Positions 50,085 through 61,647 of a DNA stretch of 64,000 bases are shown here, piece by piece. Source of the stretch: Candidatus Gottesmanbacteria bacterium (GTDB taxonomy: Bacteria > Patescibacteriota > Microgenomatia > UBA10105 > UBA927); assembly GCA_016214885.1 (NCBI GenBank), contig JACRMP010000025.1:44025-108024 (forward strand), given 5' to 3'. The notes beneath the pieces were generated by a model, which had not been told where the DNA came from, did no database searches, and saw only the letters and a list, made by a program, of their open reading frames with translations. The position numbers were made by a program, and so were the translations under genes. How positions within the stretch are numbered: position 1 is the stretch's first letter; every line of letters starts with the position of its first letter.

Positions 50085-50660
50085 TTGGTAGTCTATGCCG
50101 GTATGGAAAGACAAATCGAAGGTCACCGCCCAAAAGGCTCCGTAACCGAAAGAATTAAGCGCAGGCTTGATCACGTTTTTCATCCGGCCTCATCCGCTTC
50201 CGAAGACGCATTCCGTTCCATCATCGCCGTACTTCCTCCGGGGGAAATGAAAAAATCCATGGAAATGGTTACCCCGCAGCTTAGGGATCTTCTTAAAGTG
50301 CAGGATAGGAGTCTCGTCATAGGATCATTCCTCCAGCGGGTTATCGCATCGGTGAATTTTGGGGTATTCGGCGGTATCGGAGGATTATTTGTTGAGCCGG
50401 TGACCGGCCCGTTTGTCGGTGCGGCCATCGGAGTAGCCAGCGCTAACGCACTTCCCACACCTTCGCAGATGGAGCGCTCAAGGATCGCTATGACCGCCAA
50501 ACAGCAGGAAATGATGCTGAGAACGAGCGGCGGCAAGGAGGCTGCCAAAGTATTTGATGCCAAACGAGTCGATCAGATTACCCAAGCCATTTTATGGGGT
50601 ACCGGTGCCCAGGGTGGGGCAGGCGGAGTGCTTTCTCAGGCTGCTAATCCAATGACCTGA
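50085..50660 (+). CDS. Hypothetical protein with a Gly-rich hydrophobic segment
   Basis: ORF only. Confidence 0.3.
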   Translation: MVVYAGMERQIEGHRPKGSVTERIKRRLDHVFHPASSASEDAFRSIIAVLPPGEMKKSMEMVTPQLRDLLKVQDRSLVIGSFLQRVIASVNFGVFGGIGGLFVEPVTGPFVGAAIGVASANALPTPSQMERSRIAMTAKQQEMMLRTSGGKEAAKVFDAKRVDQITQAILWGTGAQGGAGGVLSQAANPMT

Positions 50661-50688
50661 CGGTTGATTTCTTCGTGCAGTTGACAGG

Positions 50689-51729
50689 ATGCTCCCAGTG
50701 TTTTACGGTAGTAGTGTGCAGAAGATATTAGATTACGCAAGTTGGGGGTTTATTGGATTACTTGCATTACCAACCGTCCTTATTATTGCCACTTGGAGCA
50801 GTGTTCCCGGAGATTTCGGTTATGGCGTGAAGCGCGCGTTTGAAGGCGCCCTACTGGTCATGGCTCGCCCGTCATATGATGCGGAAGCAAGTCTTAATGC
50901 CCAGTATACGAAACGCCGCATGGAAGAAGCGAAGGCGCTACTGGCGAATAACCAGTCATCAGCAGGTCTTACGCATCTTTCCGCACAAATCACTGCGACA
51001 AAAAAGATGATTGAGCGCGCTCCCACACAGGAGAAAAAACGCGAGGCCGCAAAGCAGTACATTAAAACCCTTCAGGGAGTATCCAATGAGCTCAAAACCC
51101 AACAGACGAAAACGCGTGTCACTGCAGCCAAACCGGTCACAAGAAGAAGATTGACTGCCAGCTCAACAAGCGGCGAACAACTACAAGCTAACCTGCAGTT
51201 ACAGTTAGAGCAAGTGCAGGCGCTTCAACAGCAATTGCAACAGCAGGTATCGCAACAGCCGCAAGCCCAGCAATTGCTTGCTCAATTGGCACAACAAGCT
51301 CAGCAGCTTAAACAGTTGCAGCAACAGGTTGAATCTGCCGGAAATCAGGAAGTTGGCAGCAATCAGATTCAGCAGATAGTCGAGCAGCTCAATGCATCGC
51401 AGGAGCAAACACAAACCATAGTGTCTGAAATCACTACACCTGAGAATGAACAGGAACCGCAGGAACAGGAAGTGCTGGAAATTTCCCTGACCAATACCGA
51501 AGAGCAGATACAGGAGACCATCGAACAGTTGGAGGTTATTGCTCAAGCTGAAAACGCGTCGGGTCAGAACATTGACTCGCTTCTGGATCAGCTGAACAAC
51601 GGCAATGGCAACGGCAACGGAAATAATAATAATCAAAACGAAGAAGATGAGTATAATCCGAATCAAATCATTAATAATATAAACAATAGCGGTAATTCAA
51701 ATAACGGCAATAATAATGATGAGGACTAG
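50689..51729 (+). CDS. Membrane-anchored Q/N-rich low-complexity protein (coiled-coil; NGNGNG/poly-N tail)
   Basis: TM anchor, a QQLQQQ-rich middle and an Asn-rich C-terminus. The antisense ORF 51205..51666 is a shadow. Confidence 0.4.
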   Translation: MLPVFYGSSVQKILDYASWGFIGLLALPTVLIIATWSSVPGDFGYGVKRAFEGALLVMARPSYDAEASLNAQYTKRRMEEAKALLANNQSSAGLTHLSAQITATKKMIERAPTQEKKREAAKQYIKTLQGVSNELKTQQTKTRVTAAKPVTRRRLTASSTSGEQLQANLQLQLEQVQALQQQLQQQVSQQPQAQQLLAQLAQQAQQLKQLQQQVESAGNQEVGSNQIQQIVEQLNASQEQTQTIVSEITTPENEQEPQEQEVLEISLTNTEEQIQETIEQLEVIAQAENASGQNIDSLLDQLNNGNGNGNGNNNNQNEEDEYNPNQIINNINNSGNSNNGNNNDED

Positions 51730-51761
51730 GAGAATGTGCTGTTAACCCCAGTTCATTTTTA

Positions 51762-51791
51762 TTGACAAGTCGTCTTGATTTCAGGTATCCT
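51762..51791 (+). promoter_or_regulatory. Candidate promoter TTGACA-18nt-TATCCT
   Basis: Read directly from the sequence. Confidence 0.35.
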
Positions 51792-51794
51792 ACA

Positions 51795-52014
51795 GGAGTT
51801 GTGTAAACGCGTCAGTTCCGAGATCCGACCGGGACTATGTTCGCATAGAGCACGCGGCTCTGCTAATAACAGAGACGGAAAGCCCGTTAACGCTTAAATG
51901 AAGATTCGCAGTCTGCCGGTTGGCGGAAGCGAAAAGTAAGGTGGTACCGCGGGATTACCCTCGCCCTTACATGTCAGGAATTATGCCTGATATGTGTAAG
52001 GGGAGGGTTTTATT
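51795..52014 (+). promoter_or_regulatory. T-box riboswitch leader (F-box CCGUUA; T-box AAGGUGGUACCGCGG; terminator with U-run) controlling the tRNA-binding-protein/proS operon
   Basis: AAGUAAGGUGGUACCGCGGG at 51934-51953. Terminator CCCUCGCCCUUACA...UGUAAGGGGAGGG plus UUUUAUU ends at the ATG; its 3' arm also contains the SD sequence. CCGUUA lies at ~51877. Confidence 0.6.
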
Positions 52015-52350
52015 ATGGCAATTTATGATAATTTTGCAGCGTTAGATGTACGTGTCGGGGTAATTATCGCAGTCGATGATTTTCCGGAAGCGAGGAAGCC
52101 CGCATATAAGCTGACTATCGATTTTGGTGAAGGTATCGGTATCAAAAAATCCAGTGCCCAGCTGGTCAAGCACTACACAAAAGAAATGCTGATGGGAAAA
52201 AAGGTGTTGGGTGTGGTTAATTTTCCGCCCCGGCAGATCGGCCCGTTTGTTAGTGAGGTATTGACCCTTGGGGTTCCTGATGCTGACCACGAGTGTGTCT
52301 TGATTGTTCCGGATAAAGATGATGCAATGGTGGGAGGGAAGTTATATTAA
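52015..52350 (+). CDS. tRNA-binding domain protein (CsaA/Trbp111, Myf domain)
   Basis: LDVRVGVIIAV...KLTIDFGEG...VVNFPPRQIGPFVSEVL. Confidence 0.75.
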   Translation: MAIYDNFAALDVRVGVIIAVDDFPEARKPAYKLTIDFGEGIGIKKSSAQLVKHYTKEMLMGKKVLGVVNFPPRQIGPFVSEVLTLGVPDADHECVLIVPDKDDAMVGGKLY

Positions 52351-52362
52351 TTTTATAAAATT

Positions 52363-53811
52363 ATGAAACAAACATTTGAGAAAAAAGAGCTTAAGAAAAA
52401 AAGTGAAAATCTGGCGGATTGGTACACCGATGTCGTCCTGAAGGCACAGTTGGCAGATTACTCACCGGTGCCAGGCGCCATGGTAATCAGGCCTTACGGC
52501 TATGCTATTTGGGAAAAGGTGCAGGGGATTATGGATGGGTATATGAAAGCCGCCGGGCTGGAAAATGCATATTTTCCGTTGTTTATCCCACATTCCCTTC
52601 TCGAGAAGGAAAAAGCGCACGTCGAAGGATTTTCACCTGAGCTTGCTATTGTGACCATCGGCGGCGGCGAGAAGCTCAAAGATCCTCTGGTGGTGCGTCC
52701 GACAAGCGAGACTATCATGTATGAAATGTACAAAAAATGGATCCATAGCTGGCGTGATCTGCCGGTGCTTATCAATCAGTGGAACAATGTGATCCGTTGG
52801 GAAAAACGGACATACTTATTCCTGCGTACTATGGAATTCCTGTGGCATGAGGCGCACACCGCCCATGAGACGGAAAAAGAAGCGGTAGCTATGTGTCTTA
52901 CCGCGCAGGAGTGGTACCGGAAGATTTATGAAGAATATTATGCAATCCCTGCTTATTTGGGAACCAAAAGTAAATCGGAAAAATTCGCAGGAGCCAAAGA
53001 TACGTACACAGTAGAGCTTCTTATGCCGGACGGCAAGGTGCTCCAGGGAGCTACCAGTCATAACCTGGCGCAGAATTTTTCCGTGCCGTTTGAGATTGCA
53101 TTCCAGAATCGCGAGGGCGGGCGGGATTTTGTTTGGCAGACTTCCTATGCCATCACTACGCGTTCCATTGGGGCATTAGTGCTGGTACACGGTGACGACA
53201 ATGGCCTGGTTGTGCCGCCGATGATCGCCCCTACCCAGGTCGTGGTTATGCCGATCCTCAAAAAAGATGCGGACAGCGAGCTGCTGTTTGCTTATTGCGG
53301 CGAGATCAAGGAAGCGCTCGACAATGCAGGAATTAGGAGTAAGTTGGATAAACGTGAAGAGCCAAGCGTGGGGCGTAGATTTAATGAGTGGGAAGTTAAA
53401 GGAATTCCCATGCGGTTTGAGATAGGCGGTAAGGAATTTGCTGATCACACCGTGACGATAGCCAGAAGGGACACGGGAGAAAAAATAACGGTAGACCGCA
53501 AGGACTTGCTGCCTACGGTTGAGAAGCTGCTCAAAACCATACAAAAATCGCTGTATGACAAGGCAGTGGCTCATCTTAAGGCAAATACTACCGATGCCTC
53601 GACATTTGATGAGTTTGAAGGGGTTATGAAAACAACCCGCGGATTTATCCGTGCGTTCTGGTGCGAAGAAGCAAGCTGTGAAGCGGCGATAAAAGAAAAA
53701 ACCAAAGCCAACACCCGCTGTCTTGAACAGGGGGCAGAAGCAGGCAAGGGGATCTGTGTCCACTGCGGCAAACCCGCCACCCACCGATGGTTGTTCGGGC
53801 AATCGTATTAA
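52363..53811 (+). CDS. proS: Prolyl-tRNA synthetase, archaeal/eukaryote-type
   Basis: No INS domain; class II motifs; a C-terminal Zn-binding-like domain; ...WYTDVVLKAQLADYSPV N-terminus. Confidence 0.9.
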   Translation: MKQTFEKKELKKKSENLADWYTDVVLKAQLADYSPVPGAMVIRPYGYAIWEKVQGIMDGYMKAAGLENAYFPLFIPHSLLEKEKAHVEGFSPELAIVTIGGGEKLKDPLVVRPTSETIMYEMYKKWIHSWRDLPVLINQWNNVIRWEKRTYLFLRTMEFLWHEAHTAHETEKEAVAMCLTAQEWYRKIYEEYYAIPAYLGTKSKSEKFAGAKDTYTVELLMPDGKVLQGATSHNLAQNFSVPFEIAFQNREGGRDFVWQTSYAITTRSIGALVLVHGDDNGLVVPPMIAPTQVVVMPILKKDADSELLFAYCGEIKEALDNAGIRSKLDKREEPSVGRRFNEWEVKGIPMRFEIGGKEFADHTVTIARRDTGEKITVDRKDLLPTVEKLLKTIQKSLYDKAVAHLKANTTDASTFDEFEGVMKTTRGFIRAFWCEEASCEAAIKEKTKANTRCLEQGAEAGKGICVHCGKPATHRWLFGQSY

Positions 53812-54121
53812 CGACCTATAGTTGACTATATTTGTGATTTATTTTACAATATTAATCTATGCGCAAACCTTTGGAAGAAGATATTTCACCATGGAGTCCT
53901 TACCAACCGGGGGAAGCGGTTCGTAGACAGTCAGAGATAAATGAGCCCGGGCTTCGTGAGCTTGCGGGTAATCCGGGTGACCGTGTGAGGCTGCCGATCC
54001 AGCATGGAAAAAGTGATGATGCAATGCCTGCCTGGACTGAAAGTAAACCTGAAACTGCGAGTTAAGATTTTCCCTTCTGTGCTTGTATGACCGTTTACCT
54101 AACGGTATACTTACCGTTATG

Positions 54122-54949
54122 AAAACCATTGTCACCCACATAGGTCCTGATCTTGACGCCATCACGAGCACTTGGCTGGTTAAGACGTTTTTTCCGGGGT
54201 GGGAAGAAGCAGAAATTGTGTTTGTACCCGCAGGCACCACGCTTAACAAAATGGCGCCTGATTCAGACGCCGATATTATCCATGTCGATACGGGGTTTGG
54301 CAGGTTTGACCATCACCAGACAGATGCAGATACCTGTGCATCCGTACTTGTCTACGAAGAAATCAAAAAGCTGCATGGCGCCGATCCTGTGTTGGAGCGT
54401 ATGGTGGCGGTGGTAAATGATGTCGATCATTTCCGCGAAGTGTTTTATCCAAATGCGAGCGCTGATTATTGGGAATTTTGGGTGGTAGGGCAGATAGACG
54501 GCTGGCGGTTGATCTACGGCGACGCCCCCATAAAAATCATGGAGCTCGGGTTCCAGACGTTGGATGGCATTTACAAAGTGATGCTCAACAAAATGTGGGC
54601 GGAGAAGGAGCTGGAAAACGCAGTTATTTTTGACACAAAATGGGGCAAAGGCATGGGGTTTGAAACGGTTAATGACGAAGTTATCCACCAGGCGCAAAAA
54701 CGAGGATACAAAGTGGTGATCAGAAAAGACCCCAAAAAAGGATATGTGCGCATCAAAACCCTTCCGCTTCCGGAGATTGATCTAACCGCACTCTATGAAC
54801 GCCTCAAAAAAGATGAACCCGATTCCACCTGGTTTCTGCATGCTTCCCGCCACATGGTACTAAACGGAAGTGCTAAAAACCCCGACATGAAGCCCAGTCT
54901 CAAGACGCTCGTACAGCTAGTCGACGTCATTAAGGAGGTTTGCGCATGA
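54122..54949 (+). CDS. DHH-family phosphoesterase-like protein (tentative)
   Basis: HIGPDLDAITS (motif I), IIHVDTG (motif II), FDHHQTD (DHH). Confidence 0.4.
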   Translation, partial: KTIVTHIGPDLDAITSTWLVKTFFPGWEEAEIVFVPAGTTLNKMAPDSDADIIHVDTGFGRFDHHQTDADTCASVLVYEEIKKLHGADPVLERMVAVVNDVDHFREVFYPNASADYWEFWVVGQIDGWRLIYGDAPIKIMELGFQTLDGIYKVMLNKMWAEKELENAVIFDTKWGKGMGFETVNDEVIHQAQKRGYKVVIRKDPKKGYVRIKTLPLPEIDLTALYERLKKDEPDSTWFLHASRHMVLNGSAKNPDMKPSLKTLVQLVDVIKEVCA

Positions 54950-55362
54950 GCGATTGTATTTTCTGCAAAATAGTAGCGGGGGAGATACCGTCATACACGT
55001 TGTATGAAGATGACAATTCCCGGTCTTTCTTAGATATATTCGGTGCTACCGACGGGCACGCAATGGTTATCCTCAAGCGCCACGGAGCCACTATCCATGA
55101 TTATACGCCGGCAGAATTAGGGCAACTTTGGGGTTCGGTTCAAAAAGTAGCCGCCGCTATAGAAAAAGCCTACGCGACAACTATATTATCCATAGGCATC
55201 AATCATGGGGAGCCGCAGGGGGTCAAACACCTGCATATCCATATTATGCCTCGCTATGAAGGCGACGGAGGTGGTATAATGCAGACACTTCCGGGTAAAA
55301 AACTCGAAAATAACGATTTTTCCGGAGTGGCTGAGAAAATCAGATCACACATTGGAAAGTGA
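54940..55362 (+). CDS. HIT-family hydrolase
   Basis: CIFCKIVAGEIP and the histidine triad HLHIHIMPR. Confidence 0.85.
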   Translation: MRMSDCIFCKIVAGEIPSYTLYEDDNSRSFLDIFGATDGHAMVILKRHGATIHDYTPAELGQLWGSVQKVAAAIEKAYATTILSIGINHGEPQGVKHLHIHIMPRYEGDGGGIMQTLPGKKLENNDFSGVAEKIRSHIGK

Positions 55363-55377
55363 GGTGTTTTTATTCTT

Positions 55378-55575
55378 ATGGTATTTGTCAAAGCACAACC
55401 AGGTGACACATCAGACGCGTTAATCAGAAAGTTCATGCGCAAAGTCCTGAACGAAGGTATTCTGCAGGACCTCAAAAAGCGTGAACATTACGTTAAACCC
55501 GCAGAAAAACGGAAAGAGCAGAAAAAAGAGCTCGCCCGCCGCATGCGAAGAAACAAAAAAATGGGACGGTCATAA
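55378..55575 (+). CDS. rpsU: 30S ribosomal protein S21
   Basis: A 65-aa basic protein, ...ALIRKFMRKV...KREHYVKPAEKRK. Confidence 0.85.
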   Translation: MVFVKAQPGDTSDALIRKFMRKVLNEGILQDLKKREHYVKPAEKRKEQKKELARRMRRNKKMGRS

Positions 55576-55587
55576 TTTGACCCTAGT

Positions 55588-56034
55588 ATGTTACTCGACA
55601 CCCTTAAATCACAGCTGACGACAGCTATGAAAGCGCACGACGCCGTAACAGTAGATACGGTGCGCTTTTTGCTGGCAGCGGTGCGAAATGTTGCCATAGA
55701 TAAATATGGCGCCGAAGGGGAAGCCAAAATTACCGACGCGGATATTCTTGATGTCGTTAAAAAACAGGTTAAAACCCACAATGAGTCCGTGGAAGCGTTT
55801 ACTAAGGCGGGAAGAGCAGAGCTCGCCGGGCAGGAAAAAGCACAGCTTGCCGTACTGGAGCAGTATTTGCCTAAGCAAATGTCTGACGAAGAGTTGAAGG
55901 CGCTTATTGCCCCTGTTGCCGCTCAGGGCGGTGACTTTGGTCCCCTGATGGGTAAAGCCATGGCAGCAGTCAAAGGGGGAGCCGACGGCGGCCGGGTATC
56001 GGCTATCCTTAAACAACTGCTCTCTTCCCAATAA
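55588..56034 (+). CDS. GatB/YqeY-domain protein
   Basis: Size and the LKSQLTTAMKAHD...RFLLAAVRN pattern. Confidence 0.75.
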   Translation: MLLDTLKSQLTTAMKAHDAVTVDTVRFLLAAVRNVAIDKYGAEGEAKITDADILDVVKKQVKTHNESVEAFTKAGRAELAGQEKAQLAVLEQYLPKQMSDEELKALIAPVAAQGGDFGPLMGKAMAAVKGGADGGRVSAILKQLLSSQ

Positions 56035-56041
56035 CCCCGGT

Positions 56042-56458
56042 TTGGTATATGGTGTTAGTCAAATGATCACCGTACTTTTTCAGACAGAATCGCATTTTCC
56101 CGTTAAAAAATCCGTTATTGCAGAAGCAATAGAAACGTCGCTTAAAGGCAGGGTTACCAGTCCTACTGAAGTAAGTGTGACTATCGTGGGGGATCGCAGG
56201 ATGCTGGAGCTTAACTCCCATTACCGGCAAAAAGACCACACGACCGATGTATTGTCGTTTCCGCAGTATGATCCGACACAGCCGGCTGCTCCCTTTGTCG
56301 ACATGCCGGACGGAGTGTTGCGCTTGGGTGATATTGTCGTATCCTACCCGCAGGCAGTTAAGGAGGCAACAGAAGAAAATAAACTGGTCGATGATAAAAT
56401 AGTGGAACTTGTCCTTCACGGACTGGAGCATTTATTAGGAAATCATCACGAGGAATAA
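56042..56458 (+). CDS. ybeY: rRNA maturation endoribonuclease YbeY
   Basis: HGLEHLLGNHHEE (an H..H....H zinc motif). Confidence 0.85.
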   Translation: MVYGVSQMITVLFQTESHFPVKKSVIAEAIETSLKGRVTSPTEVSVTIVGDRRMLELNSHYRQKDHTTDVLSFPQYDPTQPAAPFVDMPDGVLRLGDIVVSYPQAVKEATEENKLVDDKIVELVLHGLEHLLGNHHEE

Positions 56459-56606
56459 GCAAGTCTCGAGACAAAACCTGACGGTTTTTTCTCGACGCGG
56501 GTCGGGCATTGCCCGACAAACGCGCTACTGCTCTTTTTCCCTAACATAATTTAAACGGATGTTGCGAATACGGGTTGCTTGCACTATAAACGAGGTACCC
56601 TAATTT

Positions 56607-58052
56607 ATGTCGTTTTACAGAATTTACCGCCCTCAGGTTATAGAGGAAATAGATAACGCATCAGTGCGCGATCAGCTGTTGGGGCTCATGGTCAAAGACC
56701 GGAGCAAGCTTCCCCATGCGTTTTTCTTTACGGGTCCTAAAGGAACGGGAAAAACAACCGCCGCACGCGTCATCGCCAAATTATTTAACTGTACGAATTT
56801 AACCAAGTCAGGTCCTTGCGGTGAATGCGAGCAGTGTAAAAATATCGCCAAGGGGATGAACCTGGATGTTATCGAGATGGACGCTGCCAGCAACCGCGGT
56901 ATAGATGAAATACGTCAGCTTCGGGACCGCATCGGGCTTACGCCGTCATCATCTGCGTATACCATATACATTATCGATGAAGTACACATGCTGACTACCG
57001 AAGCGTTTAATGCGCTTCTTAAAACGCTTGAAGAACCACCCTCACACGCGGTATTTGTGCTGGCCACTACCGATGCCCACAAAGTTCCCGCTACCATTAA
57101 GTCACGGTGTCTGGAGCTCAACTTTCATAAGGCGACGGCTGACGAACTTCTTCATGCATTAGAAAGGGTCGCGGCTGCAGAAAAAATAAATATTTCCAAA
57201 GAAGGTCTTTTATATATTGCCGGTTTAGCCGATGGCTCATTCCGGGATGCGGTTAAGTACCTGGAGCAGGTGAGTCTGGCGACAGGCAAAATTACCGAAG
57301 AATCGCTCCAGAAAATGTTTGCAACCCCCCAGTACGCCAAGCTTGATGCGTTTATCAAATTGTTATTCAGCAATGATGTGAAGGGATCGTTAGGATACAT
57401 GGAAGAGGTGCGACAGCAGGGGGTAGACTTCCGCTCGTTTGTCACGTTTGTTCTGCAGATGTTGGAAGCGGAGCTCGTGAGTGTTGCCAAAGGCGAAGGA
57501 GAGCCGAAATTCGGTCCCATGCCCCGTCTTAAGCGGGCAATTGCATTATTTAGCAAAGCGTATGAAGAGCTAAGGGTAAGCCCCATCCCGCAACTTCCTA
57601 TTGAAGTGGCGATTATTGAATTTTGTGCAGGCGGGAATGAACCGGTGGGTGATGTCCGCGCTGCGGCGCCCAAAGCGGCAGACGCACCGAGATCTGTGCA
57701 TGCATCTGTTGCCACGACGTCAAGACCTGCAGCAGAAGTAGTCCCTCCTGCTGCGGCTCGGGAAGCGGATACAGCAGCGTCCCAATCATTGGGACTTCTG
57801 ACGCTGGATAAGCTTGTTGAACACTGGGCAGATTTTATCGCGGCGACAAAACCCACTAATCATTCTGTGGCGGGGGTGCTGCGATCCTCTAGACCGAAAG
57901 CGGTAGAGAATGGTATAGTTGTTATCGAAGCGTTTTATAAGTTCCATCAGGAGAAGTTGGCTGACATCCAGACAAAAATCATCCTGTCGGACGTGCTTAA
58001 AAAATTGTTCGGCGAGAAGGTAAAAATAGAAATAGTATTAGGTAAAAAGTGA
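56607..58052 (+). CDS. dnaX: DNA polymerase III subunit gamma/tau
   Basis: FFFTGPKGTGKTTAARVIAK, a Zn module CGECEQC, and the SRC motif. Confidence 0.9.
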   Translation: MSFYRIYRPQVIEEIDNASVRDQLLGLMVKDRSKLPHAFFFTGPKGTGKTTAARVIAKLFNCTNLTKSGPCGECEQCKNIAKGMNLDVIEMDAASNRGIDEIRQLRDRIGLTPSSSAYTIYIIDEVHMLTTEAFNALLKTLEEPPSHAVFVLATTDAHKVPATIKSRCLELNFHKATADELLHALERVAAAEKINISKEGLLYIAGLADGSFRDAVKYLEQVSLATGKITEESLQKMFATPQYAKLDAFIKLLFSNDVKGSLGYMEEVRQQGVDFRSFVTFVLQMLEAELVSVAKGEGEPKFGPMPRLKRAIALFSKAYEELRVSPIPQLPIEVAIIEFCAGGNEPVGDVRAAAPKAADAPRSVHASVATTSRPAAEVVPPAAAREADTAASQSLGLLTLDKLVEHWADFIAATKPTNHSVAGVLRSSRPKAVENGIVVIEAFYKFHQEKLADIQTKIILSDVLKKLFGEKVKIEIVLGKK

Positions 58053-58065
58053 AGGAGGATATAGT

Positions 58066-58332
58066 ATGTTTAATCCATTCAAGGCATTAGGGGACGTAAA
58101 CGCAATGCGTAAGCAGGCGTTACAAATCCAGCAGGCGCTGGAAGCAGAAGAATTTGAAGTAGTTCGCGGAAACGTGCGAATTGTTATTTCCGGCAATCAG
58201 AACGTGCGGGTGGTGGAAATTGACGGGGTAGCCAACGATGACCTTAAGACCGCGCTCAATGAGGTAATCAAAAAAAGCCAGCAGGCAGCTGCCATGAAGC
58301 TCGCGGAAATTTCCAAGAACTTCCAACAATAA
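58066..58332 (+). CDS. ybaB: Nucleoid-associated protein YbaB/EbfC
   Basis: An 88-aa protein following dnaX; the MFNPFKALGDVNAMRKQALQIQQ pattern. Confidence 0.85.
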   Translation: MFNPFKALGDVNAMRKQALQIQQALEAEEFEVVRGNVRIVISGNQNVRVVEIDGVANDDLKTALNEVIKKSQQAAAMKLAEISKNFQQ

Positions 58333-58334
58333 CA

Positions 58335-59276
58335 ATGAAGGAAATCGTTACAGGATCCCTGGGTTACGATTACATCATGAATTTTTCCGGCAGGTTTGCT
58401 GACCGGATCATGCCGGACAAACTTCATCAGATTTCGTTGAGCTTTCTCGCAGATAAATTATCCAAAAATCTCGGCGGCACTGCCGGAAATCTTGCCTATA
58501 CACTTAAACTTCTGGGTGAGGATCCCTATATCGTATCAACCGCGGGTAATGATTTTGACGATTACCGTGATTTTTTGACTAAACACGGGTTAGATTGCGG
58601 CGGGATTAAAGTGGTCACCAATGAACCCTGCGGAAGCTACCACGTTATTACCGATTCTGATGATAACCAGATAGGTGCGTTTTATACGGGGGCGACAAAA
58701 TATAATAAAGAGCTTTCTGTTGTCACGCCTGACAAAGAAAGTTTCGTCATTGTGGGGCCAAACGACCCTGCTGCCATGAAAAAGTTTGTTACCGAGTGCC
58801 GGGATCAGGGACTGCGGTATCTGTATGACCCTGCATTCCAAATCGGCAACTTTTCCGCAGAGGATCTGCGGTTTGCCATAACGGGTGCTGAGCTTCTTAT
58901 CGGTAACGATTACGAAATCGCCCTCATCGAACAAAAGCTTGAGGTTTCCCATGAAGAGCTTATTCTTATGGGACCTAAAGCAATTATCACCACGTTGGGT
59001 GCTAAGGGAGCTATTATCGAGACGCGCCATGAGGCAGTACATATCAAGCCTGCAAAACCCAAAAACGTTTCTGATCCCACCGGGGCGGGTGACGCCTTCC
59101 GCGGAGGATTTCTGGCGGGGTATCTTAAAGGGTATGACCTTATGGTCGCAGGGCAGATGGGAGCAGTCGCTGCGGTATATACCGTAGAAAAATACGGTAC
59201 GGTTACGCATCATTATACGAAAGATGAATTTGCCAAACGGTATTTGGCAAACTATAACGAGCCGCTTCCTTCTTAA
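58335..59276 (+). CDS. PfkB-family carbohydrate/nucleoside kinase (ribokinase/adenosine-kinase-like)
   Basis: GGTAGNLAYTL and DPTGAGDAFRGGFLAG. Confidence 0.8.
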   Translation: MKEIVTGSLGYDYIMNFSGRFADRIMPDKLHQISLSFLADKLSKNLGGTAGNLAYTLKLLGEDPYIVSTAGNDFDDYRDFLTKHGLDCGGIKVVTNEPCGSYHVITDSDDNQIGAFYTGATKYNKELSVVTPDKESFVIVGPNDPAAMKKFVTECRDQGLRYLYDPAFQIGNFSAEDLRFAITGAELLIGNDYEIALIEQKLEVSHEELILMGPKAIITTLGAKGAIIETRHEAVHIKPAKPKNVSDPTGAGDAFRGGFLAGYLKGYDLMVAGQMGAVAAVYTVEKYGTVTHHYTKDEFAKRYLANYNEPLPS

Positions 59277-59285
59277 GTTATTTTC

Positions 59286-61141
<1,856 letters not shown>

Positions 61142-61245
61142 TCTCCTCATAGATAAAATCAGCCGGTAACTTGCCCGCATCCGTGCGGAAGAGTAAAATA
61201 CCTCATTCCTGCAGCTAATATGGTTTAAGGCGCGGGGGCAGGATT

Positions 61246-61488
61246 ATGACGCGATCTTTACTCCAACAATATCGGGATCAGATAGATGCCATACATCCCC
61301 CTGATGAACTTGATTGCAGAAATCTTCTGACGGGTCGTACTATGCATTTTATCGCGGAAAGCGGTATCGCGTTTACGGAAGAGGAAATTGAAGAGCTTAC
61401 CCGTGAAGCCATGCATGAACAGCAGGCAATGGACAGGAGAGACGACAGAAGAGAGAGAAGAAGAGTAAATAGATATTTCAGAGCATAA
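61246..61488 (+). CDS. Small hypothetical protein with an Arg/Asp-rich tail
   Basis: ORF only. Confidence 0.3.
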   Translation: MTRSLLQQYRDQIDAIHPPDELDCRNLLTGRTMHFIAESGIAFTEEEIEELTREAMHEQQAMDRRDDRRERRRVNRYFRA

Positions 61489-61615
61489 CCGGAGTAACAG
61501 GCTCACTTTACCTCAGTATGCTTACCCCCTCACTCCTCACTGAGGGTTTGCACTCCCGTTGGTAGTCTATTACTTGTTGTATTCAATACCTTACAGATGT
61601 AATATATATCACTAT

Positions 61616-61645
61616 CAGCCATACTAAATGGCTGTTTTCTTTTTT
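61616..61645 (+). terminator. Hairpin CAGCCAU-ACUAA-AUGGCUG followed by UUUUCUUUUUUCU
   Basis: Read directly from the sequence. It sits immediately upstream of the 61648 ATG. Confidence 0.4.
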
Positions 61646-61647
61646 CT

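Noticed and set aside
51205-51666. 153-aa Leu-rich minus-strand ORF
   Set aside because: Antisense of the CAG/CAA-rich Q/N gene.
57152-57856. 234-aa minus-strand ORF inside dnaX
   Set aside because: Antisense to a highly conserved dnaX; no motifs.
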